Of a DNA stretch of 64,000 nucleotides, positions 51,301 to 63,330 are shown in pieces. Positions within the stretch are counted from its first letter, which is position 1; each line of letters opens with the position of its first letter. The stretch lies in contig CM120640.1 in NCBI GenBank assembly GCA_051362555.1, forward strand, positions 68,612,788 through 68,676,787, given 5' to 3'. The notes beneath the pieces are model-generated. The model was not told the DNA's origin. It saw only the letters and a list, made by a program, of their open reading frames with translations, and made no database searches. A program made the position numbers and the translations under genes. The DNA is from Lingula anatina. Its lineage: Eukaryota; Animalia; Brachiopoda.

Positions 51301-53311
51301 AAATCACCCAAACCTTATTACTCTCTAGCTGGGTTATGGATACACCATACAAGGTCTTGTATATATCTAAAGCTTGGTTGCACCATGAGATGCACTTATC
51401 ATAGTTTCGAGTGACAAGACAGGTCATACCCCATAGGGAGAACATGAAAGCAGAATCGTAGGTGGCTGGCCTCACAGACCTGGTTCCTCTAAAATACAGC
51501 AAGTAGGCACACTGGTACATGGTAATGGCTTGTGTGTAGTTGTGCAAGAAGAAGTTGAGAGCCCCAAGCATACAGATGGAATGAGTGTTATCTTCATAAA
51601 CATCTTCACCCTTGCAATGTTGGAATATTTCCTTGGCCTTTTCAAAATGTGCCATTGATTCTTCATAATTCCCAGAGATGAAGGTGCAGTCTCCCAGCTT
51701 GACATGTGCTCTACCAAAAACACTTCCAGGAGCTCCAACTCCATCTGAATCTTGAAGCATTTGCAGCACATCTAAAGCTTGCTTAAAGTAGCTCACAGGT
51801 TGGCTTAAGTCTATGGCATGTTTGTCACTCTCAGACTCTTCTGACTTTGAGTCATCATTGTCAGTCTGTCCTTCTGGGGGTGGGGGTATATCACTAGACA
51901 GTATGTCCTGGCGCAGTTCATTGTGGAGTTCATTTCTCATGGCTAGACAAACATGATCAAAAATGGATTCATCTTTCATAACATGCTTTAAGTAGGCATT
52001 TCCTAACTCGAACAATGTATTGGCAACACTTACATTTGGGCAGTCTGGGTAAATGGACTGGAGCATTTCAAGGCCTCTTTGGAGATGGAAAAGTCCTGAG
52101 GGAATATTATTTAACTGGGTGTGAATCTTTCCCAAATTACTGAGTAAGTAAGCAATTGTGCTATTCTTTGCATTCTCTGGAAGGACATCTTGGTACAGTT
52201 CATAGGCATGAGAATACAATAGTTTTGCATTTACTGGCTGTTTCCTCATGTACAATATATCTGCTAAGCGCACAATTGTATCTGCTAGTGATAGGAAGAC
52301 TGACTTTATGGTCACTGCACCATATGACTCCAAGGTGTGCAGTGAAGTTGAAAGTTTTCCTTCTGGTGGGGTTAGCGTGCCATCTGAGTCTGAACTGGAA
52401 AAAGATGGAGTAGAGGCTCTATCTCCTTGTGAAGGAAAAATGGATTCATATTCATGGGAAGGAATCCCACCTGAAAGAGTCCTTCTTCTAAGCACCTTTA
52501 CATTTTCATCAAATACATCATCTGCCTCCCCTTGGCTTAATGGAAATAATCCATCAACCATCTCTAGGGCCTCAGACACACTACCAAGCAACACTTGGTT
52601 TTCATCTATCGTTAGATCCTTTAAAAACTCGACCTCTGCTTCATTTTCTGGAAGAAAGCGGCCAATGAGTTCTTTGATACAATATTTTTGAATGCTAGTA
52701 ATATTCTCAATAATAACGGGCGTATCTCGCACTGTGCCTCTGCTGGCCCTATGAAACCGTCTTTTTTCTGGCTTGGTTATGATTTCATATAAATTTTTTG
52801 CCAGCAACTCATGCTGGTTTTTAACCTTCATGTTTGCCATTTCCATTTGTGCCTCAAACCACTTTTGAAATTCATCATCAAGTTCTGTTTTTAAAATGTC
52901 GTGACAATTACTAAATGCCTTCCTATAAAGAGACAAAGCTTTAAGCTGTGAAAGCTGATACCAAGGCAAACTTTTGTGAGTTGACCGACAGTTTTTGCAA
53001 TAAACCTCTGCAAGTCCCATCAATGCCAGGACAAGAGTTTTAGTTTGTTCTTTTTCTTCTTCTCCATCCAAGCTACTTTGCTTTAATATGTCTTGACACT
53101 TCAAGACTGCATCTTCATAGAGCTTCTCTGCCTCTTTGACATTCAAACGGTGCATCTTCTTGTTGGCTTCCTCTACCCAGCTGGCAGTGCTGCCCTCTCG
53201 GACAGTCCAGCGGGGAGGCTTGTACTGGCCACTGTCATCTTCTTCTGGTTTTTCTGTACTTGTGTCCTCAGGTGGTTCCTCTTCATGTTCTTTATGATGC
53301 TTATGTTTTCC
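48386..53311 (-). CDS. Large TPR-repeat protein with acidic repeat-bearing tail, terminal exon
   Basis: The 1589-aa ORF stays open 52 codons upstream of the listed Met, back to acceptor tctaattgtag|GGA (phase 0). Many TPR-like helical pairs, e.g. LSNLGKIHTQLNN, LFELGNAY, LYSLGLSYLKIEQFEKAL, LKALGDCYNAKEEHENALMYYNKAL and MHQLGQIHTVLGDIDKAIEAYQESL. Confidence 0.9.
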   Translation of the reverse strand, partial: GKHKHHKEHEEEPPEDTSTEKPEEDDSGQYKPPRWTVREGSTASWVEEANKKMHRLNVKEAEKLYEDAVLKCQDILKQSSLDGEEEKEQTKTLVLALMGLAEVYCKNCRSTHKSLPWYQLSQLKALSLYRKAFSNCHDILKTELDDEFQKWFEAQMEMANMKVKNQHELLAKNLYEIITKPEKRRFHRASRGTVRDTPVIIENITSIQKYCIKELIGRFLPENEAEVEFLKDLTIDENQVLLGSVSEALEMVDGLFPLSQGEADDVFDENVKVLRRRTLSGGIPSHEYESIFPSQGDRASTPSFSSSDSDGTLTPPEGKLSTSLHTLESYGAVTIKSVFLSLADTIVRLADILYMRKQPVNAKLLYSHAYELYQDVLPENAKNSTIAYLLSNLGKIHTQLNNIPSGLFHLQRGLEMLQSIYPDCPNVSVANTLFELGNAYLKHVMKDESIFDHVCLAMRNELHNELRQDILSSDIPPPPEGQTDNDDSKSEESESDKHAIDLSQPVSYFKQALDVLQMLQDSDGVGAPGSVFGRAHVKLGDCTFISGNYEESMAHFEKAKEIFQHCKGEDVYEDNTHSICMLGALNFFLHNYTQAITMYQCAYLLYFRGTRSVRPATYDSAFMFSLWGMTCLVTRNYDKCISWCNQALDIYKTLYGVSITQLESNKVWVICETLYSLGLSYLKIEQFEKALDNIDLAYTYLNRVTCADAKQLVRVLKALGDCYNAKEEHENALMYYNKALELAGPIEGSSPAREITAQILQNQLLSNSANVHTTMRQYNRTSEYLQKAKSIEKTLKEDIEADMVGLMHQLGQIHTVLGDIDKAIEAYQESLDAYKQMYVTIGPEMAVTLGNMASVMTYKAQSLLNETERMNLLQVANSHFQQAVDLEYNARVYVDYATFLLSQKDYAEAAELLIDVLLQPDDSEVVFGKVEQFTLPVNLQMEIAVQDEVILPMTVYSKYLSIICYRHIGLWNDATDCLISLLNEVYLSNSSCQFAVLGYAMMELGLFLEAADVFLKASTMQPLSELSAGNRLFCIYAEVCVTLSKGFVNLLEYVDRHMTIPKSKFKKVEDVDANEGVQLGKTFPEAAGPKSKQRAFTKNFSKQEKRPYRTKPSASRARAVNSEETYSTPLQDKFSELQEKYARSDVLQRIRELQMMDNARKHQTATFTDEVEHSEEKPAVLIGREPSADESEGVEKESWEGVWERPIGEMSEYEEETWENSTEGNARNISVNKLVPGEKTEEKEENEVETWEETVIVKPSIVIDYKMPNQRTSYNSYEVTEFPSEGPSSSEYQIENNVADQKEEDELIFETWEEETPVESSAFTTASTLENESVDKEEETVEMWEEIVPAPEEKLSSSSPSSVSEEEYTIFEEVFNPDTGHWERVAVASVTTSPQKGEEENDQYEKEESVQYEEEYDAQLGRWVQKQIITITDRDSTPTRDTSPGSDVTVTAEEMEEFYDPKTGKWCKRTKYQTPIDSTWDNDNSPRGGTWRHERIADANQISQSTELGQRTFHKTIAEGKAFDYRPVKQNLTPVFNIEANQQQHDEVEEFEEMYEEVFDPVTRKWIRKTLSPPSQVAPLTETNNNMANGHRENYFYSNRETINNWKNRDEDEENYYEDDSGFEEVYDEKTGQWIRTSLGH

Positions 53312-54117
53312 CTACAATTAGAAACATGACCAGTGTTAAAAGCACATGCATACATCTACATCAATGTGTTTCTTGATTATTTCACTTAAAGCAGTTTGCA
53401 TTTGAAGCTCCAGAATTTAGGAAGGGGAAAAACCTTGGCAAGTCAAACCCAAAGAATTTTACCAGATATAAATGATTCATAAAATATGCTTACAGAGCAT
53501 CAAATGATCAGAACTTTTTTTCAAAACCTGTTCCATGTCTCCAAGGGCCATGGGGAAAATAAGAGTTATATCTACCATAACAAAGTTTCACTCTTACCAC
53601 TGGCATCTTTCATGACTTACTAGTAGCATTTTTTGGATAAAAATGTAATTTTTGGTTTTAGGGTTTTCTTGGTCAGTGGAGCAAATATAACAGCGATAGC
53701 TTTTGTAGAGAATACAGTTAAGTCCAGTTTTTACATGAAAAAAAAAAAAAAACAGAGAGACAGACATGTTCTGCATTTATTAACGATATCTACCACTTAA
53801 AGATGTCATTTCTCTTTCTTATCAGTACTAAAAACTTTTCACCTGGTTTATAATATAAAGTAAGTCATTCATTTGTTTAACCTTTAGCTACACATGTTAT
53901 CTGAAGCTAATTGAAATGCAGCCAAAACCACAAATCACAATGAACACCTGAGGGCCTAAGTCAGACAATTCCATATATCATGGTCTAGATAAGACGTATG
54001 ATTGCAAATGTGTTGTAATTGATGAACCACTGCTAGTGCTGCCATATACTTCACATTTATATAAAATTAAACTTCCACTGAATCCACTTGAATCCAGAAG
54101 CATTATAAGGAAAGTAA

Positions 54118-54321
54118 GACTCTTTTCTCATAGACACACAAACGATCTACGTAGATTGACCCAACTCTGCAGGAACTTCGCTAAGTGCAATCAGCTTAAC
54201 TTAATGACTAGTCTCCTTTTGTTTCCAATGTACTCATATATAATCATCAGATTGCACTCAACGAGAATACCAAAAGAGTTGTGTTGATCCACATAGACCA
54301 ATGTGTCGCTAGGAATGGGTC
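54118..54321. mobile_element. Palindromic MITE family B, copy 3
   Basis: gacccaactctgc..gctaagtgcaatcagcttaac..aatgac arm and inverted gattgcact..gagttgtgttgatc..ggaatgggtc arm, matching 25741-25972. Confidence 0.75.
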
Positions 54322-54872
54322 CTAAGTTTTCATGTTGTCCCAATATAGCATGTCTGGGTGAGGGACATGAGGGACATGCATTCTCTTCATAGTATCACCT
54401 CCAGGCATAGAAATGTGTCAAGAACAAGGGTTTTGGCAGCTCATTACTTAACCCTGGCTGTCCTGTTCCCCCTTACAGATGAAGCCTTTTCTCTTTTATA
54501 CTTTAAGTCCAAATGATGTTAACCCGAGGAGTGTGCCAAGAGCAATTTGGGCTTTCTCTAACTATTACCGGATAATGTTAAACCTAAGCAGAGGGACCGG
54601 TTTTAATATATCTAAGACACCTGGCACTGACAAGGGAAAATTGATGTTTTTAAGCTTCATTATCATAAATTTTCAAAACAGAGGAATAAAGTCATGATTT
54701 ATTCAGTAAATTTATACAAAGGTTATATTACTTTCCATAAATACAGGATAGGTGGGCATACATGTTACTGAAAAAGGTTACCTTGAAACCTCATACTACA
54801 TTATATCTAGTTTAAATGATAATCTCTTTTAAAGGGGCAATTATAAATTTACCATCACACACTAATACACTG

Positions 54873-54874
<2 letters not shown>

Positions 54875-54911
<37 letters not shown>
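54875..54911. repeat. (AT)n microsatellite
   Basis: Perfect AT run. Confidence 0.95.
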
Positions 54912-54919
<8 letters not shown>

Positions 54920-57291
54920 TTCATTCATTCAGTTGATGTTTATAGATGGGGTTATGCACATACATGTAGTAATACTATAGGTAACGAAGCCAGAACAAAC
55001 TGTAAATTGAACAAAGGCAATTAATTCTTAAACATAAAAGGTAAAGGTAATTTATGACCAATGTATGTATTAGTGTGATATATTAATTCTGACAGTGCTA
55101 GAATTCTTACGTGTCAAAAATGCATATAATCTCAGTCACCTCTTCCTTAAAATTAAAGACAAGCAAAACAGAAATTGAAAGTGAGAGAAATATGAAAGAA
55201 ATAAATATGTCTATGGCAACTCCAAAATGAATAGCTATTTTTATTCTGATATTCTCCATTTATAAAAAAAGACAACATTTAAGTCAGATTATTATCTCCA
55301 TCATCTTTAACTTACGTATTTTCTGCACATAGAGTATTCTCTGAAACTGCATAGATCTGCCTACATTTGCCAAGACATGTTTGAAGGTGATAAAATTATA
55401 TTCCTGCTGGCATAGAATTTGATATGCCACATGTATGAAAATAAAAACTGTCCTGAGTGCCAAAAATAGTGCATGGCCACAAGATTTAATGGTAAACAAT
55501 TAAAATACAACCTTGGATGTCATAGAGAGCACCATGACCACATACGTCATGCTATTTCAAAATATCCAAGGTGCTATAACATTTGAAAGCATTAAAATAC
55601 ACCTATCTTTTGTGCAATTAAACCACATCAAGGGTATCAATTACTAGTATTTTAAGGTTGGTTGCCCAACTTTTCCATGGTTATTGCCAAGTTGGCCAAG
55701 TTCCTCCATCGCATTAGCACACCTTCAAGACGCACTCGTGTTTGTTTCCAAATCAGACAAAATTACCTCTATGCTATTCATATTGGCAATTACTACTTTT
55801 TACTGCATTTTACCTGTCAAGAGTGCTCTTTTTATTATAAAATGGATCTGTTTTCAAAGATTGAAAAGAATGGATAACGATCTGTTACAGAACAGGTTTT
55901 TACAGTTCTAAGTTCACATCCGTTTCAATACAGGTCATTTTAGTACCAAGTTAAGGGAGAAGCAGCTGGCACACCCTCCCCCACCACCACTGGGTTATAA
56001 CCATGTGTTATCTAAAAGTTTGAAATGTTATGTACGTGTTTCAAATGGGAAATATGGTAAAATGAGATACACTTTTAGGGTATCTTAAAACAGTTGTATG
56101 TTAAAAATAATTCATAAAAATTACATCCCCACTTTCTAGAGAGTCCTTTTCTACACTTGCTGACTGCCAACTAACTTCAGCCTGTTAATGCCTGGTTACT
56201 GAGTACTCTGAGGCCTCCCACATACATCTTAGAGAGGGATCCATATCAAGATATGGACAGGTAAAGCAAGAGTTTTTGAATTACTGCCGGGGTTTACTTG
56301 CTTAATACATATATGCATAACATGGACATCATGTCTAAAGATCTCAAGTAAAAGAGCTCTTCACTTGTATTATTTCACAGACATCACTGTTGGTATCCGT
56401 AACTGTTTCTGTAATCATGTGCAGTAAAGGCCAATACCCAATTAACTCAAATAACACATTGCTGCCCTCAAAATACATGCATAGTATTTTTGACTTAGTA
56501 GTTCAGCATTCTGTACCAATCTATTTTGTAGGCCTACAAATTAAGGCCCTAATGTGTATATCCTAAAATATTAACTCAAATGGCGTACTATTGCATTCTG
56601 AATAACAATTTCTGTAATAAGCACTATAGTGTAGTGCCAATGTCCATGCCTTCACTAGGCATTTTTCCTGCATAACATTATGAACTCGTTGGCATATTCT
56701 CTTAAGGGCAATAAGCACTTCACAGATGATTGCAAGCCAGTTTTATTTCCCCAGCAGAGCTCTCTGTATCTATGAACATCTGAACTGACACCTTGAGAAA
56801 AGCAGAACATTGTACGTAAACAGCATGCACGTGCCTATGAATATAAACGAGAGTAAATGGAACCGTGGCAATGCCATCACACAAAGTTGTTGAATGGCAA
56901 ACCATATGAGTAGGTGGTTGATAATAAAACAGCATAAAGCTGGATGAATGAGCTCAATAAAAGGGGTGTTGCCAACAGTATTCATGGCAGGGAGATAGGA
57001 GTATAAGATGCATTTCAATGTGCCTAGGTATACGAGTACAATATATATTCCTGTATGATAAATCATATCTAATGATTATGGATTTGTGACTTGCGCAGCT
57101 TTTCTCCTCACTAACATTTGACCTCCTTAGCATCATTTTTATTAAAAACATACATGATGTTGTCCTTGAAGAACTCCATCACGTTAATTTGCATTTTCTG
57201 CAGAATTGAATGATGAAAGGAATGGTTGTCAAATGAATAATTAAGGTATACTTTCTTTATATTACAATTTTTTCTCCTTTTTCAAACAAAC

Positions 57292-57392
57292 CTTTTTATC
57301 TTTGTAGACAGGAGTGCTGGTGTACAGTAATGGCTGGAATCCCTGGGGTCCTGGCAGCAGGCAGCTGGTACTGTGAGCTTTGGGACCAAGGC
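57292..57392 (-). CDS. Upstream internal exon of the TPR gene
   Basis: gtcattctag|xLGPKAHSTSCLLPGPQGFQPLLYTSTPVYKDKK|gtttgt. It ends in phase 0 and joins GKHKHHKEHEEE of the big exon. GC-richer than its flanks. Confidence 0.65.
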
Positions 57393-58986
57393 CTAGAATG
57401 ACAAAGTAGCAAAATATTTTTAAAAAAACAAACACTCAATTAATTGCGTTCATATTTAATATTTGGAAAAGACAAAAACTTTTATAGCTCATGTGACAAT
57501 TGGTAATATGTGAATCTGTAGGTTTGCATGCATTAGCTGTATTTACTGTTTCAGGATAAAAAGGGCAACAGTCTGCACAAGATCTGTACAGATATAAATT
57601 CAGGTAAAAATATTGTGGAAAATTCAATGAGGAGAAGGAGAGGTCATGTGCATGGTTCCAATGATGCAAAGACTTGAAAGAGAATTCAAATTCTTTATTT
57701 AGATTGAATGACCTTCAGGACCAGTAGATCTCAATTTCAAGACTCATTCTTCAGGCCCTTATTCTTAAGACTTAAATAGCAACAAGTACTAATAATGGTA
57801 AATGATTCAATGAATCCTAACAAACATAAAAATAGTATACTTAACCCTGTTGTGAAGAAAACATGTACCTTATAATTCAAGTCTTAGTGACCTTCATAAG
57901 CCGGCAATTCCAGAGCAAACATTTCATACATTTTACAAGTAACTTAGAGCAAGTTAAGTTCACATTTTGCTGGTTTACCCCAAAACTTCCTAGCTTCTTG
58001 GGCTATGTGCCTATTTCTAACACTGTTTTCAATCCTTTGGTGTTCTTAAAAAAACAAAAAAATATATTCTGAGAAACAAATTGCTTAAAAGATTAGAGCA
58101 CTGCAGTTGTCCATTCACCTGGTGTTGTGTTTCATCCGGAATCATAAGGGAGAGTACTATATTTAGCATGAATAATGATAAACAAACAGATGAGTACTTA
58201 AGTGTGAGGGTATTTTTGTTTGTTATGATCTTAAACAACAGCTACCTGACTTAAGTGAAGAAATATTTTGCAAGTTGTTGCACCTGAAAGTGAATCATAG
58301 GAAGTGTTTTTCTTACTGACTAAAATTCAACCAAGGTTTCTGGTAATAGCTGTCTAGACAACATAACAAGTGGATTTCTGTATGCATTTCCATATATTCC
58401 TCCTTCAACATGTCCTACTTTACAGTAATCACAGGCTATTTAGCAATATTGCTATTAGCACTATTACAAATTCTTCATTTTTTTTTTCAAGTAATTGCTT
58501 CACACAAAGCCCAACAAAATTCTCAAAATCATCAAAACTTTGGATGGTACCTTTAAAAATACAAACTTCTATCTGAAGCAGAGACTGAGGATGCTCATTC
58601 TCGAAACCAATAAGCTATTACAGTATCTGCCATCAGTAAATAGCCTTCTATTGGTTCGCTTCAAACAGATCAATACTCCTGTGGATAATGTTAACAACAG
58701 TCCTCCTGATGGAGGAATCATTAAATCATATTGGTTAGGGCCTTGGTAAGGCTCATATATATTTAAGGGCAGCTTCTCTTACATGTTCGTGGACATGAGG
58801 TTGGTACTCAAATTTAAAAAAATCATCCACCAAAAGCAGTGGGATGGTGCTAAACACAATTTACTACACACAAAACAATGTTAGATATGTTTTTACTTAT
58901 TCTGGTGACAATACAGTCTACTAGATCTCATATAATGTACTAGTCTAGAATAATACTTATATGTCTGAAAAGCCTTGAGCCTGATC

Positions 58987-59032
58987 ATTTTAATTCATCC
59001 TTGGTAAATATTTTAATTCATCCTTGGTAAAT
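58987..59032. repeat. 23-bp perfect tandem duplication
   Basis: attttaattcatccttggtaaat x2. Confidence 0.93.
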
Positions 59033-59769
59033 AATTATTCGCGACAGACTAAATACTTTATTTTTTGGACAGAAATAACTAATTAAAAACTTTCTTCTGC
59101 ATTTGTCTAAAATAATAACACTTTAATAAAAATGTTTCTTAATTAAGATATTAATTGGCATGATACTATCCATGCACTGGTTATTCTGAACAGAGCAAGG
59201 GAAAAAGTTCATAATTGGATCTTTCATTCCTCCTCTGGCTTTCCTTCCTTCCAATGCCAGCTGGAACCCTCTTATCCAGATTTCCCTCTAAGCCTGTGAT
59301 ACCTCCCAGTCCACTCAGTGAATTGCTTATACAGATAACTTGAGGACACTTGATTCATAGCAGCACCATGCCCTTTTACTTTATTCAAACAGTATCGCAA
59401 CTAGAATTCAATCAGAATTGGGGAATTCAATCGGGAACACCATAAAACAGCCTTCTCAAATATCCCTTTTTTTCTGCAACATTCAATAGCTGTTAATACT
59501 GCCATTATGGGTTATTTTGTGAGCCTGAAGAGACCTTTATATTCTTGTTCAGTTTTCAAGAACATAGGAGACACCACCAGAATGGCAGACTTGCAGGAAA
59601 AACAGCTTTGTATAACGTAAAGACTATTTTTTATAGCTAATCATGTTTATCTATGTACTACCTTCCAAAAAAAGGACCAAGTTTACAGCACTGTAATGCT
59701 AACCCACAGAATAGAAATTTCTACCTTTACCACACACTGCCATCAGCTGACTCTGATGTTCTTGATCCG

Positions 59770-59770
59770 A

Positions 59771-59819
<49 letters not shown>

Positions 59820-59826
59820 TAATAAT
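59770..59826. repeat. (AAT)n microsatellite
   Basis: Near-perfect AAT run. Confidence 0.95.
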
Positions 59827-62800
59827 TAATCAATCAATTGAAGTTAGGGCTAAGTTAAGTCTGCTAAACTCAGATAGTCAGTTACATAAAGCAAGTTAAG
59901 CAATAGGGTCCTACTGGGTATTTTCGTTACCTGTGAAAGCCACTTTTATTTTAAAGGATGCATGAAATTGTTCAAATTATTTAATGTGCTCTGTCAAGCA
60001 CCCCATTCCCTTGACTCGTAAATGTGACTTTTTATTCTTAGTCCTTCGTGAAACAAAGTCATTATACCTGGTGATCCGTGATTTTCAACTCATTTTGGAT
60101 CATTTTGGATGAGATATAATTAAAGTTTTTTGAAGTGATTTGTGAATTGATTTTGTTTCCCATGAAGTGTGATCACTACCTCCCAAATGGGACCCTCTAA
60201 GTAACAGTAGTCCTGTTCTCCTTTCCACAAACTATTAAGCCATCTCATATGAACAACTCACTAAATGTCACTAAGATGATTGAAATTTAGTCTTAACATT
60301 TAGTTTTAAAACCAAAGTAAGTGGCCATATATGCTAGTCTTAAAACAAAAATTTTGTAGCCTACAGACCCAGCTGTTTTAGCTTAGACTTTATAATCTTT
60401 ACTTTTTTGTGAACTGGAAAGAAATCCAATATGTTATAAATAACTAGTACACACTTGAAACAGGCCTTGCAATACTTACGTCCAATATCTATTACACACT
60501 GAGTGTTTCAGAAAATATATAGGAATATCAGGGCAAACTATCATATACCCATGTGATAGAAATGCTTCTGAATTTTTTACTTAATTTGTTCTATCTGAAA
60601 ATAGACATCACTTAAAATGATCTGTAAACACATAAAGAAATAACTGCCCAATTAATCTGAGTTCTTAAAATGAATCAACAGATTAACACCGACTTTTTAA
60701 ACTTAAATTCAAGACAGAGCAAAAAACCAATTACATGCCATGAAAAGAGAGAAATACTGTACTGTAGCACCTAATGTTTGTACATAGCAAACACTGATAT
60801 GTTTAACACTATGAACTTCAAGAAACGTCTGGCTGAGGTAAGACAGTGACTCAGCCAGTACTGAAGAATATTCTTCAGCAAAATTAAATGGGTTCAGGAT
60901 TATTTTACCTCAACCTTTTTCAAATGAAGTGTTTTCAAAGTATTTATTCTATAATGTTGTTTTTTCATCCTGGCAGATTTATATTCTTTATAAGAAAACA
61001 TGATGGCATTAATTGTAGCCATTTAACCCATTTTTACTACATTTCCATGTGTGATGTAATGCCAAAACCACATAGGTGTGTGCAGTATGAATCACTGACA
61101 TGAAAAATACATCTATGGACTCTTAAATCAGAAAGGTGTATGTTCTATGCAAGATCATGTAATGATGAAAAAAACCTTCTTAAATTCCAATTATGTCATT
61201 ACTCAAGAAGTTCCAATAAATTTAACTTTAAATAATCACCTTCAATGTAATACATATGTTATCTATCAAGGCATGATTTATTTGATATCTAAAATATTTC
61301 TGTAAATGAAAACCAAGGGGAATGAAAATATTCACTGATAATGACAAAGAGGAAAAAGGTTTTTATGTTGTTCATCAAATTTAATAGACCACTACCCATA
61401 GGGCATTAAGTCAAATTAAGTCAAACATCAGATGACTCGAGCTCTTTAATCCAAAATACAAATATGTTTTTCTTTTGTCTTATAAGAACTTAATTACTAC
61501 TTAATCTTTCACTGCCAAACTTAAAACAGTTTTCATGATGTTGAAAAAAACTACAGACTGAGATGTAAACCCAAAACCCTTCTACAAAAACTTTTGGGAA
61601 CTTGGATATCAACGTTTGTTTTAAAATTTTTATGTGCAGCAAACTGTTAATGGCAAGTAATTTGAAGAAAGATATAATACTTGCATGTTTTATTTTGAAA
61701 TCAAAATGCTTTATCTAGTAGAGAACTTAGTACATAAATTTTCGCTGTAAAGAATATCTTGTTCGCTTCACGATAACCGATGTAGACCCAAACTGACCCT
61801 GAACTGGAGAAACCCTTCCACAATGTACACAGCACCAGTTTATTCAAATAATAGGTTTACCGATTAGATCAGAACCTGTTCTCCAAGTTACCTGCACCAA
61901 AACTTTGCCTATATTACATACCTGGATAACCTCAAACAATAATTGTGTCAAACTGCAAATACGAAGGTGGTTTATTTTTCATAGGGGTGCATACATTTTA
62001 TCTAGAAGAAGTCTGACACGAGGTAACTTCGTTACGAAGTCACTAGTGTGTTTTATAACCTTCCAGTATCAGAATTTAACATGCTCGTGGTTTAACCCAA
62101 ATACCTTACAACTTAAAACAACGTGACAGCAAGGAGGGTGTTTTTTTTCTTCATCTGTCCTCCACACAAAACCCCTAGACTCAATTGCAAACAAATCTTT
62201 ATGTTCTTTTTAAAATTTATTATACCCAAGTGTTCCTAATAAAATACTTTGCTTCGAAAAAACATTTGAAAGATGTGAGAACTGTTTTCAAGTTCTAGTC
62301 ACAGCAATAAATTTTAATTTCGTGACTCATTTAAGACAAAGTTCAACAATATGTAACTTGGGAGAAATTTGCCAATTAAAAATTAAGTTCTACTTGAGTG
62401 CTAGTGAAACCACAAAAAGTCTTTAATAGATCTCTTAAATCGATGACATTCATTTTGAAAAGTGTTCCTTTTTTTGTATCAAGAAAACTGTCTCATCATT
62501 TTAACATTATTCAGAGCAAAAGAATCATTTCCTTATAAAAGGTAGGGGCATTATGCACCCACTGACATGATGTTGTTGGATATATTGCCTGAATATCAAA
62601 TTGCTATACTTCAATGTACTGTTTAATTAATACTGTTACAATTTGTTGACCACGACCACAAACATACTACAGGATAGGATGATAGCAACCCAGTCATTCT
62701 TCCTCATTTTTGGGTAAAATATACATCTTAATTTCATGCATATATATATACTTCTTTCCATACTCTACCAGGGTCACAGAGACAACTGTTTTCTGCATTT

Positions 62801-63152
62801 TTCTGTACTGTCCAGCCCAAAATTTTACAAACAAATGATAATAAGAGTACAAAACCTTGATCATCACCCAGCTAGTCTCTGTTACAGAGTGTAGTATTCA
62901 TCACCAGCAGGAATAACATTAAAAATAAATGTCAGGTGTAACGTTGGCTGTATGCTGTAGCTAGCAGCAGGGGACTGTCTGCTTCAATATACACATGTAT
63001 TCATTGGAACACTGAATAGTCTATAAAATACAATGGATATAATTGCTGCATTATGCCTTTTATAAACTGCCCCTAAATAAAAAATTATGTATCTACCATC
63101 AACAAAGTTTTGTCCAGTAGAACAAACAAGTCTGCCAGTTGATGAACAATAT

Positions 63153-63330
63153 CAGGCACGTGGCCAGCAATTTCAGAAGGGGGTGGGGTCTTTTCTGAAA
63201 AAGTGGACCTTTTACCATAAAACCCTCATGTCACTAGATCAACTTTCATGCAGAGTAGACCTTTTCCCAGCAAAAAGGGTGGTTCTTTAAAACCCCACCC
63301 CACCCCCGAACCCCCCTGGCTATGAGCCTG
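63153..63330. mobile_element. MITE-like family A, most intact copy
   Basis: TIRs caggcacgtggccag / ctggctatgagcctg. Internal sequence matches 4320-4481. No clear TSD. Confidence 0.8.

Noticed and set aside
49137-53329. Plus-strand ORFs of up to 222 aa inside the TPR gene
   Set aside because: Ser/Phe-rich antisense shadows of the Glu/Lys-rich coding strand, with no domain features.
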